From Armatimonadota bacterium (lineage in GTDB: Bacteria > Armatimonadota > SYMT01), in contig JAWLHY010000002.1 of NCBI GenBank assembly GCA_041690135.1, positions 320,001 through 384,000 on the forward strand: 64,000 bases of DNA, read 5' to 3'. Positions 19,590 to 28,958 of this stretch are shown in pieces; position 1 is the stretch's first letter; every line of letters begins with the position of its first letter. The notes under the pieces are model-generated. The model did no database searches. It saw only the letters and a program-made list of their open reading frames with translations, and had not been told where the DNA came from. Both the position numbers and the translations under genes were made by a program.

Positions 19590-19785
19590 AGCACCCCCCT
19601 GTCCGTCCGCTATCCCCACAATCAGCTAACAAGTCCGCAGTGATACATTTCACAGGCCGCGCGAGCCAGTCGGCAGTATCATCTGTAACGGAAACGAAGC
19701 ATCTAGCCGGAACACCCTACGCCGCGTCGTCGCCGACGTGAAGCGTTCCTCAATCAAGTTCCGGCGCGACCCGAGGACAGTTGCT

Positions 19786-21663
19786 ATGAAAGCCACCTTT
19801 CGACTGGCGTCTCTCACTCTTTCGCTGGCCTGCGCCGGCGGTTCCGTCGCCTCAGCCCAACCGGCTCCCGGGAGCGGCATGGCTCACCCGGAACTCTTCC
19901 TGGCCCTGGGGCACCGGGATTTGCCGGGCGTGAAGGCGCTCCTGCACTCCGGCGCCAGCCCGAACGCTCGCAACACCATCCAGATGACCGCGCTCATGAC
20001 CGCGGTCGGGGTCGGCGACCCGGAAGCGGTGAAGAGCCTGCTCGCCGCCGGCGCCGAAATTGACGCGGCCAGCCCGTTCGGCACCGCGCTCACTTTCGCC
20101 CTCATGGAAGGCCGTTCGGAAATCGCGCGCTTCCTGATCGAAAAGGGCGCCGGCATTGCTTCGGGGCGGCCGGACCGGATCAGTAGCCTGATGCTGGCGG
20201 CTCGTGCCGGTGATACGGAGATCATCCGCCTGCTGCTGGCCAAGAAGGCCGATCTCAACGCGGTGGATAACCACGGTTCGACGGCCCTTTCGTACGCGGC
20301 ACGGCACGGCCGCCCTGAGGCGGTCCGGGCACTGCTGGCCGCCGGCGCCAAGATCGATGTCGCCGACACCGACGGGTGGACAGCCCTGACCCACGCGGCG
20401 GTCAACGGGCACACCGCGATCGTGGAGAGCCTTCTCCAGAAGGGCGCGAACCCGAACGCTCGGGACAAGCGCGGCCGCACGCCGCTGCTGGCCGCCGCCA
20501 GCTACGGCGACTCTCCCCAGGTGATCGGCGCCCTCCTGGCCCGCGGCGCGGTCCGGGACGCGAAGGATGCGCAGGGGCGCACTGCGCTCCAGTTGGCTGA
20601 AGGTCGCGGATACACAGAGACGGCGAAGTTGCTCCGCGAGAAGGGTGCTCGCATGGCACTGGCGGCGCTGCCGGCTGTCCGCACCCCTCGCCAGGCGGCG
20701 GAACTGAGCCTGCGGCAGGTGGAGAACTCCATGCAAATCTTCGCAAAGCGCACCGGCTGCGCTTCCTGCCATCACGAGGGGATCGCGCGCTTCACCACCG
20801 GCTTCGCCCGGGCGCGGGGCTACCAGATCAGTGAGGCGTTTGCCCGCGAGCAGGAGAAGCGGGTGACCGGCGAGTTCGAGCGGATGCTGCCCCTGCTGCG
20901 GAAGGCGGTGGAGAACCCGGCGGAGATCAAGAATGTGCCGGCGATAGACCTGGGCGACTTCGCCCCTGCTACGGGATCGCTGCTGCTCGGCCTGGGCGAG
21001 CACGGAACGACCGCCTCGGAGGCCCTATCCGCCGCGGCGATGGTCCTGGCCCGCATCCAGACCCCCGAGGGGGATTGGCGCTTCGGCCTGCAGCGGGTGC
21101 CGGTTCAGTCCAGCTTCTTCTCCAGCACCGCAATGGCGGTGCGGGCGCTGAAGAACTACGCCCCGAAGGCACATCAGCCGGAGGTCGCCGGGCGGATCGC
21201 GCGGGCGAAGCAGTGGTTGGCCTCGGCGCCGGTGAAGGACAACGAGGACCGCGCCTTCCGCTTGCTCGGGTTGAAGTGGGCCGGCGCTACGCCGGAAGAG
21301 CGGCGCAAAGCGCTCGAGGAGTTGCGCGCGACCCAGCGACCGGACGGAGGCTGGGCGCAGTTGGACACGCTGAAGAGCGACGCGTATGCTACCGGCTTGG
21401 CGCTCTTCGCCCTCAACCAGGGCGGCGAACTGGCGGCCTCGGATCCCGTCTACCAGCGCGGCGTGCAATACCTGCTGCGGACGCAGGAGGATGACGGAAC
21501 CTGGTACGTCTACAAGCGCGCGATCCCGGCGAATAACTACTTCGATACCGAGTTCCCCTATGGGCAGTCGCAATACATCTCGCACATGGCGGCCAGTTGG
21601 GCGAGCATGGCGCTGATGCTGGCAGCAGAGGCTCCGGTCGCGCAGCAGGCGGCGGTCCGGTAA
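19786..21663 (+). CDS. Secreted ankyrin-repeat protein fused to a prenyltransferase/squalene-cyclase-repeat domain with a CxxCH motif
   Basis: About 7 ankyrin repeats (G.TAL..AA); GCASCHH; QTPEGDW, QRPDGGW and QEDDGTW QW-type repeats. Confidence 0.8.
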   Translation: MKATFRLASLTLSLACAGGSVASAQPAPGSGMAHPELFLALGHRDLPGVKALLHSGASPNARNTIQMTALMTAVGVGDPEAVKSLLAAGAEIDAASPFGTALTFALMEGRSEIARFLIEKGAGIASGRPDRISSLMLAARAGDTEIIRLLLAKKADLNAVDNHGSTALSYAARHGRPEAVRALLAAGAKIDVADTDGWTALTHAAVNGHTAIVESLLQKGANPNARDKRGRTPLLAAASYGDSPQVIGALLARGAVRDAKDAQGRTALQLAEGRGYTETAKLLREKGARMALAALPAVRTPRQAAELSLRQVENSMQIFAKRTGCASCHHEGIARFTTGFARARGYQISEAFAREQEKRVTGEFERMLPLLRKAVENPAEIKNVPAIDLGDFAPATGSLLLGLGEHGTTASEALSAAAMVLARIQTPEGDWRFGLQRVPVQSSFFSSTAMAVRALKNYAPKAHQPEVAGRIARAKQWLASAPVKDNEDRAFRLLGLKWAGATPEERRKALEELRATQRPDGGWAQLDTLKSDAYATGLALFALNQGGELAASDPVYQRGVQYLLRTQEDDGTWYVYKRAIPANNYFDTEFPYGQSQYISHMAASWASMALMLAAEAPVAQQAAVR

Positions 21664-21796
21664 GAAAAACTGCCGGCCAGTCTTGAAAAGGAGAATGGGA
21701 GAATGGGGGATGCCTGTAGCAGGGCGCGCCCATTCTCCCTCTCTTCACTTCTCCCATTCGCACGGATCATCGGAGCAGCCTTAGCGGGGCCACAGC

Positions 21797-22105
21797 TCAA
21801 AGACGCTGTCCGCACTTCTTGCAGAACCGGCTGGCGACATCGTTGGGGGTGCGGCACACGGGGCACGGCATGTTGACCTCCGGAATGTCGCCGGGACGGG
21901 TCAGGTAGTCGCCGCGCAGATACTGAAGGCGACCTTCCGCGTAGGCGGTGGTGGTAAAGCCCGTCAGCACGATTCCCAGGCCGCCCAGGGCGACCCAGTC
22001 ACTGCCGATGGGCCACCCCAGGGCGGCTACTCCCGCCCCCGCGCACATCACGACGTAGCCCACGCCGCGGACCTGCCGCCAGTACTCCAGATCGTGCTTG
22101 TCCAT
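21797..22105 (-). CDS. Small 2-TM membrane protein with C-terminal zinc ribbon
   Basis: CPVCRTPN...FCKKCG; start trimmed to MDKHDL. Confidence 0.65.
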   Translation of the reverse strand: MDKHDLEYWRQVRGVGYVVMCAGAGVAALGWPIGSDWVALGGLGIVLTGFTTTAYAEGRLQYLRGDYLTRPGDIPEVNMPCPVCRTPNDVASRFCKKCGQRL

Positions 22106-22259
22106 GGTCAACAGCATGGACGTAAACGCGCCGCGTACAGATACGTCCAACTTCGTGACGCCCAATCTTTTTTCCGCAGCCGGGCGAAGTAGAACACGAG
22201 CGAGGCAGAGGCGACGCGATACGGCAACGCACCGACACAGAGGAATGGAATGGATCACT

Positions 22260-22387
22260 CGGAACCTGGAATCGGTCCGACTGGAGCGGCGCGGAAGTAC
22301 TCTCTCGAGCGTCTTCTGGAAGGCGTGACCGAGGAGAACTGTCATCCCGAGATCGACCTGGGATGCCCCGTCGGTAAAGAGGCGTGG
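22260..22387 (+). pseudogene. mazE: Remnant of an AbrB/MazE antitoxin gene (C-terminal half)
   Basis: KYSLERLLEGVTEENCHPEIDLGCPVGKEAW matches the MazE C-terminus pattern (L.EL...IT.EN.H..ID.G.P...E.W); no N-terminal KWGNS motif and no mazF. Confidence 0.6.
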
Positions 22388-22446
22388 TCGTCGGAGTTGC
22401 CCTTCGGTGACCTGTCTACACTGACGGGTCCCGAAGAAGACCTGTT

Positions 22447-23916
22447 TCAGGTGAGCCGCGGAATGGGGTCCCCTTGATAGACGGCGTGCGGCCGCTCCTC
22501 CGCGTCGTGCCATTCGGCAAATTGGGGAATGCCGAGCGCCGTGTAGATCGTGGCCGCGAAATTCTCGGGGGTAACCGCGTCCGAAGCCGGGTAGCCGCCG
22601 ATGGCGTCGGAGGAACCGATGACCTGCCCGCCCTTGACCCCACCGCCGGCGAACCAGACGGTCTGTACCGCACCCCAGTGGTCGCGGCCCGGCAGCTTGT
22701 AGAACTTCGGCAGGTGGGAGATCTTCGGCGTGCGGCCGAACTCGCCCGCCATGACAATCAGCGTGGAATCGAGTTGCCCGCTTTCGTGGAGGTCATCCAG
22801 GAGCGCGGAAACGGCCCGGTCCGTCGGCGGGAGCAACTTGTCCTTCAGGTGGGGGAAGATATTGCCGTGGTTATCCCACGACTCGTTGTTCCCCAGGTTT
22901 ACCTGCACCAGGTTGACGCCGCACTCGACCAGCCGGCGCGCCATCAGCAGCGACCAGCCGAAAGCGTTGTTGCCGTAGCGCTCCAGCGTCTTCGGGTCCG
23001 TCCCCTGCACGTCCAGCGCGCGGCGCACGCTTCCGTCCGTCAGCAGTGAGGTGGCTTCCTGGTGGAAGCGGTCGAACTGCCCCACCTCCGCGAACTGCGC
23101 CAGGTCTTCGCGCTGGCGGTCGATACCGCGCAGCAGCGCCAGGCGGTTGGCCAGCCGTCCGCGCCCCACGCCTTCGGGTAAGGTGAGGCTGGGGACCTGG
23201 AATTGGTGCCGCTTTGGTGTGAAGGGCCGCTGCTGGTGGTCGAACTCGTACTCCGGGTAAGCGCCGTAAGCCCGCGGGTCGAATCCGGCCGCCTCGATGA
23301 ACCACGGCTCGCGGCGGGAGCCCATGATTCCCGCGAACTGGCCGGGGATCACCCGGCCCGAACTGTGGACCAGCCTTTCCGGCAGCACCACGGCCGGGGG
23401 CAGGTTGTTCCGCGTGCGGGTTACGGCGCCCGCTATCGCTGCGATGGAGGGCCAGTCGCTCGGGCGCGGCATGCCGGGGCTGAACCCCGGGGGCAACTGC
23501 GAGCGGCCGGTGAGCATGATGTGGTGGCCGGCAGAGTGGTCGTTGGTGTGGTGGGTCAGGGACCGAACCAGCGCCCAGTGACGGCTGCGCTGCGCCAGCA
23601 TCGGCAGGTGCTCGCAGATCTGGATGCCGTCCGTCCGGGTAGCAATCGGCTTGAACTCGCCCCGGATCTCCTCGGAAGCGTCCGGCTTCATGTCGAAGCT
23701 GTCGATCTGGGAGAGTCCCCCGGAGAGAAAGATGTAAATAACCGATTTCGCCTTCGGCTCCCCGGCGGCGTCCCCGGAGTTCTCTGCCGCCATGGCGCGC
23801 AGAGCGGCCAGGTCGTTCATCCCCAGGCCAAGCAAACCGACCGCTCCCGCCTGTAACGCCGTCCGGCGGCGGATGCAGGCGTGCTGAAAGGGGGTGTTCT
23901 TGTTGTGGACCGACAT
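22447..23916 (-). CDS. DUF1501 domain protein
   Basis: RRTALQAG, FLSGGLSQIDSFDMKP, SWDNH, GEFGRTP, GRDHW, FAGGG..GG..IGSSD. Confidence 0.9.
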   Translation of the reverse strand: MSVHNKNTPFQHACIRRRTALQAGAVGLLGLGMNDLAALRAMAAENSGDAAGEPKAKSVIYIFLSGGLSQIDSFDMKPDASEEIRGEFKPIATRTDGIQICEHLPMLAQRSRHWALVRSLTHHTNDHSAGHHIMLTGRSQLPPGFSPGMPRPSDWPSIAAIAGAVTRTRNNLPPAVVLPERLVHSSGRVIPGQFAGIMGSRREPWFIEAAGFDPRAYGAYPEYEFDHQQRPFTPKRHQFQVPSLTLPEGVGRGRLANRLALLRGIDRQREDLAQFAEVGQFDRFHQEATSLLTDGSVRRALDVQGTDPKTLERYGNNAFGWSLLMARRLVECGVNLVQVNLGNNESWDNHGNIFPHLKDKLLPPTDRAVSALLDDLHESGQLDSTLIVMAGEFGRTPKISHLPKFYKLPGRDHWGAVQTVWFAGGGVKGGQVIGSSDAIGGYPASDAVTPENFAATIYTALGIPQFAEWHDAEERPHAVYQGDPIPRLT

Positions 23917-24289
23917 CACATCTCTCCCAGGCGGGCCGATCTGCCCCGGGTTATGAGAGCGATTTCCAGAGGCGGAGTTGCGGCGATCTGCCCGATAAGG
24001 GACGGTCCGCGAATGGGGCGAAGGAAGAGCGATCCGCGAATGAGGCGAATGGAGCGAACGGGGAAACCGGGCGAATGGAACGTGGTGGGAGAATTGAGCT
24101 GAATGGTACGAACTGGGGAAGCTTCGGCAACTCGCCTGTTGCGGTCGGAGGGGATAGTGGTGGAGGAGTGGTGCGGGCATCTCGCCCGCATGGAGTTGGC
24201 AAAAGCAGGCAGACCAGCGGAATCGAGCCGGCGGCGAACCGGGCGTCACCCCGGTGCTGGAAATCCACTCCATGCCCTTCTGGACATGT

Positions 24290-26767
24290 CTACGATGTGA
24301 GATCCACTTCCGCGCCACCGGAGGCGATCAGCCTCTGTAACGCTTCCGGGTCCACGGGCTTGACCAGGTGTTCGTGGAAACCGGCCTGGTGAGCGTTGTG
24401 CCGATCCTCGGCGAGGCCGTAGCCGGTGACGGCGATGAGCCGGGTCGCGTGGGTGGCGGGGTCTTCCCGGAGCGTCCGGGCGACGTCGTAGCCGCTCATT
24501 CCGGGGAGTTGGATATCACACAGCACCACCTGCGGCCGGAACTCGCGGGCGGCTTCCACCCCGGTGGGGCCGTCTAGAGCCACGCGGACCTCGTGCCCGT
24601 ACAGTTCGAGCAGGTCCCGCATCGTTTCCGCGGCGTCCCGGTTATCTTCGATCACCAGGACCCGCAAAACGGGGGCATCCGTCGCGGGGCTGGGAGACGG
24701 CTCCGCGGGAGCGGGCGCCCGCTCCCGCGGTAGTTGCACGATGAACTCCGCTCCCAGCCCGGACCCGGCGCTTGCGGCCCGGATCTCCCCTCCATGCATC
24801 TGGACCAGTCCCTGTGCGAGGGCGAGCCCCAGCCCCAGCCCCCCACGCTCGCAGCTCCGGTTATCCTGGACGAAAGGATCGAATAGATGGGGGAGCAGGT
24901 CGGGCCGGATGCCGATGCCGGTGTCGCGCACCTGCAGGACGGCCCATTCTCCGTTGTCGGAAGGGACCAATCTCACGGAAACCGTCCCCCCCGCGTCCGT
25001 GAACTTCGTCGCGTTCTGCAGCAGATTGTCGAGTACCTGGGCGAGACGTGTCGGGTCTCCCCGGACGAAGACGGCTTCGTCCGGCAGTTCCAGTTCGAGG
25101 TGGAGACCCGTTTGCTCCACCTCGCTCCGGTGATCCTCCACGGTGCTGCGGACCAATTCCCGCAGGTCTACCTGCTGGAAGCTGAGCAGCAGTTTTCCTC
25201 GCGCGATGCGGGTGATGTTGAGCAGGTCGTCGATCAGGCGCGTCTCATGCCGGAGTTGGCGTTTGATGGTCTCCAGGGCACGGCAGGCGAGTGGGTGCTC
25301 CGGAGCGAGCAACTCGAGGATGCGCACTCCATTCCGAATCGGCCCGAGTGGATTCCGGAGCTCATGGCCGAGGAGAGCCAGGAAGCGGGTTTTGTTCTCA
25401 TCCGCCTGCTGAAGTTCCTGGAACAAGCGGGCGTTGTCAAGGGCCAGCGCCGCCCGGCCGACCAGCTCTTGCACCAGGGCCAGGCAGTTCTCATCATAAG
25501 ACCGCCCGGAATGGGAAGCCAGCAGGGTCACGGCGCCGAGCGTCCGGCCCCGGGCCAACAGCGGCACGGCCAACGCCGCGTGCGGACGGATCTGTCGCAG
25601 CGCCTCCAGGTGTTCGGGAGCGAGGTCGAGTTGCTCCAGGTGAGCCTCGGTGATTTCGTCGCAGAGCACCGCCTCGCCCGAGCGGATGACCCGCGCTGCC
25701 GGGCTGATCGAGTGGAGATCGGGAGCGAACCGGCGGAGAACGGCTTCGACTGCGTCCGGATCGCTTCCGGATTGGCGGACCCCCTCCCGCCGCACGACCC
25801 CATTCTCCTGCACCACGTCGATGAGACACCAGTCGGCCAGGCGGGGCACGAACAGGTGCGTGACCCGGTCTAGCGTCGTTTCATAATCGAGCGAATTCGC
25901 CAGGGTGCGACTGGCCTCGGACAGGAGGCGCATGGCATCTTCCGCCAGTTTCCGCCACGTCACGTCGGTCACCATTGCCAGTACCCCTTCGAAGGTACCG
26001 CGATCGTCGAAGATAGGGCGCGTGGAAACGATCGCCCACACCTCTTTGCCATCCCGGCGCCGGTAGCGGAAGTCGTGCTCCTCCATGATGCCCAGGCGGC
26101 GACGCTCCAGCTTCCGCCGCAACTCGCTCCGATCCTCCGGGAAGACGAAATCCGAGACGGGGCGCCCGACCATTTCCTCGACCGTGTAGCCGAGCATCTC
26201 CGCCATCCGCTGGTTGACGTAGGTGGTGTGGGCCGCGGCATCCACCAGCCACACGCCCTCCGTGGCTGTTTCGACGATGCGCCGATAGCGCTCTTCACTC
26301 GCCTGCAGCGCCTGCTGCGTGCAGAGGCGATAGTCCCGGCTCGCCCCCTCGATGGCCCGGTCGAGCACGTCGTGGATCACGGCGCGGACGTTGAACGGAA
26401 GGGGGCCTTCCGCCTCGAGTTCCTCCAGCAGGATGCGCCGGAGCAAACGGTATTCGGCGATCAACTGGTCCAGGGAGTATCCCGGCAGCGTGGCCCGCTG
26501 CTCGGCATGACGGCGCGGAGCCGCCGGCGACATCGTTCCTCCCTCCGGTCGGGACAGCAGGTCCGACAACTGTTCGAGGAACTCCGGAAGGCTGTTGTGG
26601 AGGGAGCTTTCGTCCCGCCCGCGCGCGGCGGGTACCTCAACACGCACGACCTCCGCCCAGCGCGAGAGAATCTCCGGAATAGTTCGTCTCAGGCGCTGGG
26701 CCACGGCCGCTCGCTGGCTGTTTGGCGAACTGCCAGCTACTGCTTCGCCGACCTCGTTGCTGCTCAT
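24290..26767 (-). CDS. Hybrid histidine kinase RsbRD_N-PAS-GAF-HisKA-HATPase-REC
   Basis: N-terminal helical domain (HAEQR..GYSLDQLIAEY..LR), PAS, GAF, GHELRNPL, NATKFT, DTGIG, GLGLGL, receiver domain. Confidence 0.9.
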   Translation of the reverse strand: MSSNEVGEAVAGSSPNSQRAAVAQRLRRTIPEILSRWAEVVRVEVPAARGRDESSLHNSLPEFLEQLSDLLSRPEGGTMSPAAPRRHAEQRATLPGYSLDQLIAEYRLLRRILLEELEAEGPLPFNVRAVIHDVLDRAIEGASRDYRLCTQQALQASEERYRRIVETATEGVWLVDAAAHTTYVNQRMAEMLGYTVEEMVGRPVSDFVFPEDRSELRRKLERRRLGIMEEHDFRYRRRDGKEVWAIVSTRPIFDDRGTFEGVLAMVTDVTWRKLAEDAMRLLSEASRTLANSLDYETTLDRVTHLFVPRLADWCLIDVVQENGVVRREGVRQSGSDPDAVEAVLRRFAPDLHSISPAARVIRSGEAVLCDEITEAHLEQLDLAPEHLEALRQIRPHAALAVPLLARGRTLGAVTLLASHSGRSYDENCLALVQELVGRAALALDNARLFQELQQADENKTRFLALLGHELRNPLGPIRNGVRILELLAPEHPLACRALETIKRQLRHETRLIDDLLNITRIARGKLLLSFQQVDLRELVRSTVEDHRSEVEQTGLHLELELPDEAVFVRGDPTRLAQVLDNLLQNATKFTDAGGTVSVRLVPSDNGEWAVLQVRDTGIGIRPDLLPHLFDPFVQDNRSCERGGLGLGLALAQGLVQMHGGEIRAASAGSGLGAEFIVQLPRERAPAPAEPSPSPATDAPVLRVLVIEDNRDAAETMRDLLELYGHEVRVALDGPTGVEAAREFRPQVVLCDIQLPGMSGYDVARTLREDPATHATRLIAVTGYGLAEDRHNAHQAGFHEHLVKPVDPEALQRLIASGGAEVDLTS

Positions 26768-26926
26768 CCCGGGACTCATACCCAGGCAAGTGTGAGGTGT
26801 CTGCCGGATCGGGAGGTCAATCAGCAGGCGTTTTACCTCTTCCGGGCCAACCGGCTTCACCCGGTGGATGTCCAATCCGGCCCGGCGACCACGCTCCTAC
26901 TGCCTCTTCCGTCCCGGGGAGGAACC

Positions 26927-26935
26927 TGTTATACT
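26927..26935 (+). promoter_or_regulatory. Extended -10 promoter (TGnTATACT) for the tRNA
   Basis: TGTTATACT 14 bp upstream of the tRNA 5' end. Confidence 0.55.
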
Positions 26936-26949
26936 GATTGCAACAACCA

Positions 26950-27023
26950 CGGGGTGTGGCGCAGCTTGGTAGCGTGCCTGCTTTGGGAGCAGGAGGTCGC
27001 AGGTTCAAATCCTGTCGCCCCGA
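26950..27023 (+). tRNA. tRNA-Pro (TGG)
   Basis: Acceptor stem CGGGGTG/CGCCCCG-A; D arm GCGCAGCTTGGTAGCGT; anticodon arm CCTGC-TTTGGGA-GCAGG; GTTCAAATC T loop; CCA not encoded. Confidence 0.95.
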
Positions 27024-27043
27024 TCCGGGACCGGCTCATGCAT

Positions 27044-27083
27044 CGAAGACCTCAAGCCTTGGGCTTGAGGTCTTCGGCATTTT
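27044..27083 (+). terminator. Intrinsic terminator after the tRNA
   Basis: CGAAGACCTCAAGCC / GGCTTGAGGTCTTCG 15-bp stem followed by a T-run. Confidence 0.75.
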
Positions 27084-27141
27084 CTGGCTTACCGTAACCG
27101 GGTGCCCGTCCCCGCGTTCCTCATGCCGGAGGTGATTCAGC

Positions 27142-27612
27142 ATGTACCGGCATACCCAAACGGGCTGGGTGATCATCGTGTCTCTCGGTGGCGCGCTGGT
27201 GTTCGTGGTCGGGCTCGCGCTACTGCTGAATGCGGGTGGCGCTCCTCTTCCCCCACCGGTGACCGGCCTCCTCGGGATCGTCTCCGCCGTTCTTCTCATT
27301 TGCCTGGTGCTCTTCGGATCTCTGACGGTGAGCGTGGATGCCGTGAGGGTGGAGGCCCGGTTTGGTCCGGGGCTGATCCGCGTCAGCTTCCCGTTGGCCG
27401 AAATCGATGCCTGCCGGGTGGTGCGGAACGAGGCCTGGATGGGTTGGGGGATTCACTATTACGGGCGGGGCTGGCTCTACAATGTTTCTGGCATGAAAGC
27501 GGTGGAGTTGCAACTGCGAGACGGCAGGGAGTGTCGCATCGGCACGGACGAGCCGGAGGCGCTGAGCGCGGCCATTTCCACGCACCGGCCCGCCCTACTC
27601 CCCGGCGGTTGA
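27142..27612 (+). CDS. Membrane protein with bacterial PH-like domain
   Basis: YRHTQ, two TM helices, GWGIH...GWLYNVSG..AVEL, IGTDEPE. Confidence 0.8.
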   Translation: MYRHTQTGWVIIVSLGGALVFVVGLALLLNAGGAPLPPPVTGLLGIVSAVLLICLVLFGSLTVSVDAVRVEARFGPGLIRVSFPLAEIDACRVVRNEAWMGWGIHYYGRGWLYNVSGMKAVELQLRDGRECRIGTDEPEALSAAISTHRPALLPGG

Positions 27613-27680
27613 CGGGAACGGGAACAAGCCTCCGGGAGTGAAGGTCCGGCGGCCCGTCCCGGAGGATACCTCCGGAAGGC

Positions 27681-28541
27681 TTACGGGAAGCAGCGTGAAC
27701 AGGGCGTGCAGCCTTTCGCGCGGGCAGCCTCTATTCCCATCCCCGTGGCGCTCTTGCGAAGATAGCGGCACCCCATGTGGTGGTATTTCTTGCCGCTGGT
27801 CGTTACGTAGACCGTATCACCGATGGCAGGCGGCGTCTGTGTCGGCGGCGTGGGGAGAGTTTCACGCGAGCGCGGCTGTTCCGATCGCTGCTCCGGAGGC
27901 GATGCTGACGCGGGTCCCTCGACCGGCGAGGTCTTCGGGCGGGGCCTGCTATCCGAAGGTTTACGCTGCGCCGGCAGCGGGCGTATCCGGATGGGCGCCA
28001 GCCCTTCTCCGGGGGCGGGTTCCACGGGGACGGCCTTGACCTCGGCCGGCTCCCGATTGGGCGGAGGCAGCGGGCGAGTGGTAGCCGGGAAGGAAAGGGG
28101 TTTATCTTCCCGAACCGGCGCGCGCCCGGGTTGGGTGGGTTGGGCCGTATCCCCGGAAGGGGATTTCGGGACCCAGGCCCAGGGCAGAACGGGCACTCCG
28201 GGGGTGGGGCGACCCTGGAATCGACGCGGCTCGGTAGTACCGGCCGGACGTGGATGACCGGGTCGTGCGGCGGGCTGCTCTGGCCGGGTCCCTCCACGCT
28301 TTGGGGTCGGGGAAGCGCGGTCGACGTCCTGCGACTTCCTGAGTGCTTCGGGGTAGACCCAGTCTTCCACGCCCGCGGGAGTGGAGGGAATCCTGGTAGA
28401 GTGCGCCGGAACCACCTGGGGCGCCGGACGCGCGCCGGTACAACCTGTTGGCCCCAGGAGCAGGCTCCCGGCCGCAACCAGGAAATACCACTCCCGGCGA
28501 AACTGGCCGTTCCCCGTTTGGCGCGGAGCGGTGCGGCACAT
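27681..28541 (-). CDS. Putative lipoprotein with Pro-rich linker and C-terminal Cys/His metal-binding domain
   Basis: Possible lipobox PTGC; C-terminal VYVTTSGKKYH..GC..L...CTPCSRC; start uncertain. Confidence 0.6.
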   Translation of the reverse strand: MCRTAPRQTGNGQFRREWYFLVAAGSLLLGPTGCTGARPAPQVVPAHSTRIPSTPAGVEDWVYPEALRKSQDVDRASPTPKRGGTRPEQPAARPGHPRPAGTTEPRRFQGRPTPGVPVLPWAWVPKSPSGDTAQPTQPGRAPVREDKPLSFPATTRPLPPPNREPAEVKAVPVEPAPGEGLAPIRIRPLPAQRKPSDSRPRPKTSPVEGPASASPPEQRSEQPRSRETLPTPPTQTPPAIGDTVYVTTSGKKYHHMGCRYLRKSATGMGIEAARAKGCTPCSRCFP

Positions 28542-28866
28542 TGGGCTGCTTCCTGCCGGACGGCATCCCGGTAACAGTGGGGTCAGTGGAGAAGCCCCTC
28601 TGTTAACCGGCTTCCACAGGGGTGTTTGGCCGTCCAGGATCAATTTCCTCCGTAAATGGCCAAACAGACACACAGCCCCAGAGCGAGGGAGTCACGCGGT
28701 TGAGACCTCGCTCTGGGGCTGCTGTGTCAGCATCCCTCTCTGCTTGCGAAGAGCCTATTCCACAGATCCGGCCCCCGCAAACCTTATCTTCCCCCTTAAT
28801 TAAGGGATTGATCAGAAAAGTTTCCGCCGAACGAAGCTAGGGGCGCCGAACTTCACCTTCGGCCCG

Positions 28867-28891
28867 GTTTCTCGTCGGGATGCGGGGGTAA
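28867..28891 (+). promoter_or_regulatory. SigB-like promoter GTTT-N15-GGGTAA upstream of the MFS gene
   Basis: Same boxes with a 15-nt spacer. Confidence 0.45.
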
Positions 28892-28958
28892 TACTCTCCG
28901 TCCGGAATACACCCGCTGCCGAGTGGGCGTGTCGGCAGGGCAAAGGGTAGGGAGGCGC

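Noticed and set aside
26950-28700. tRNA-Pro as an island integration site
   Set aside because: No integrase, and I found no duplicated tRNA 3' end in the window.
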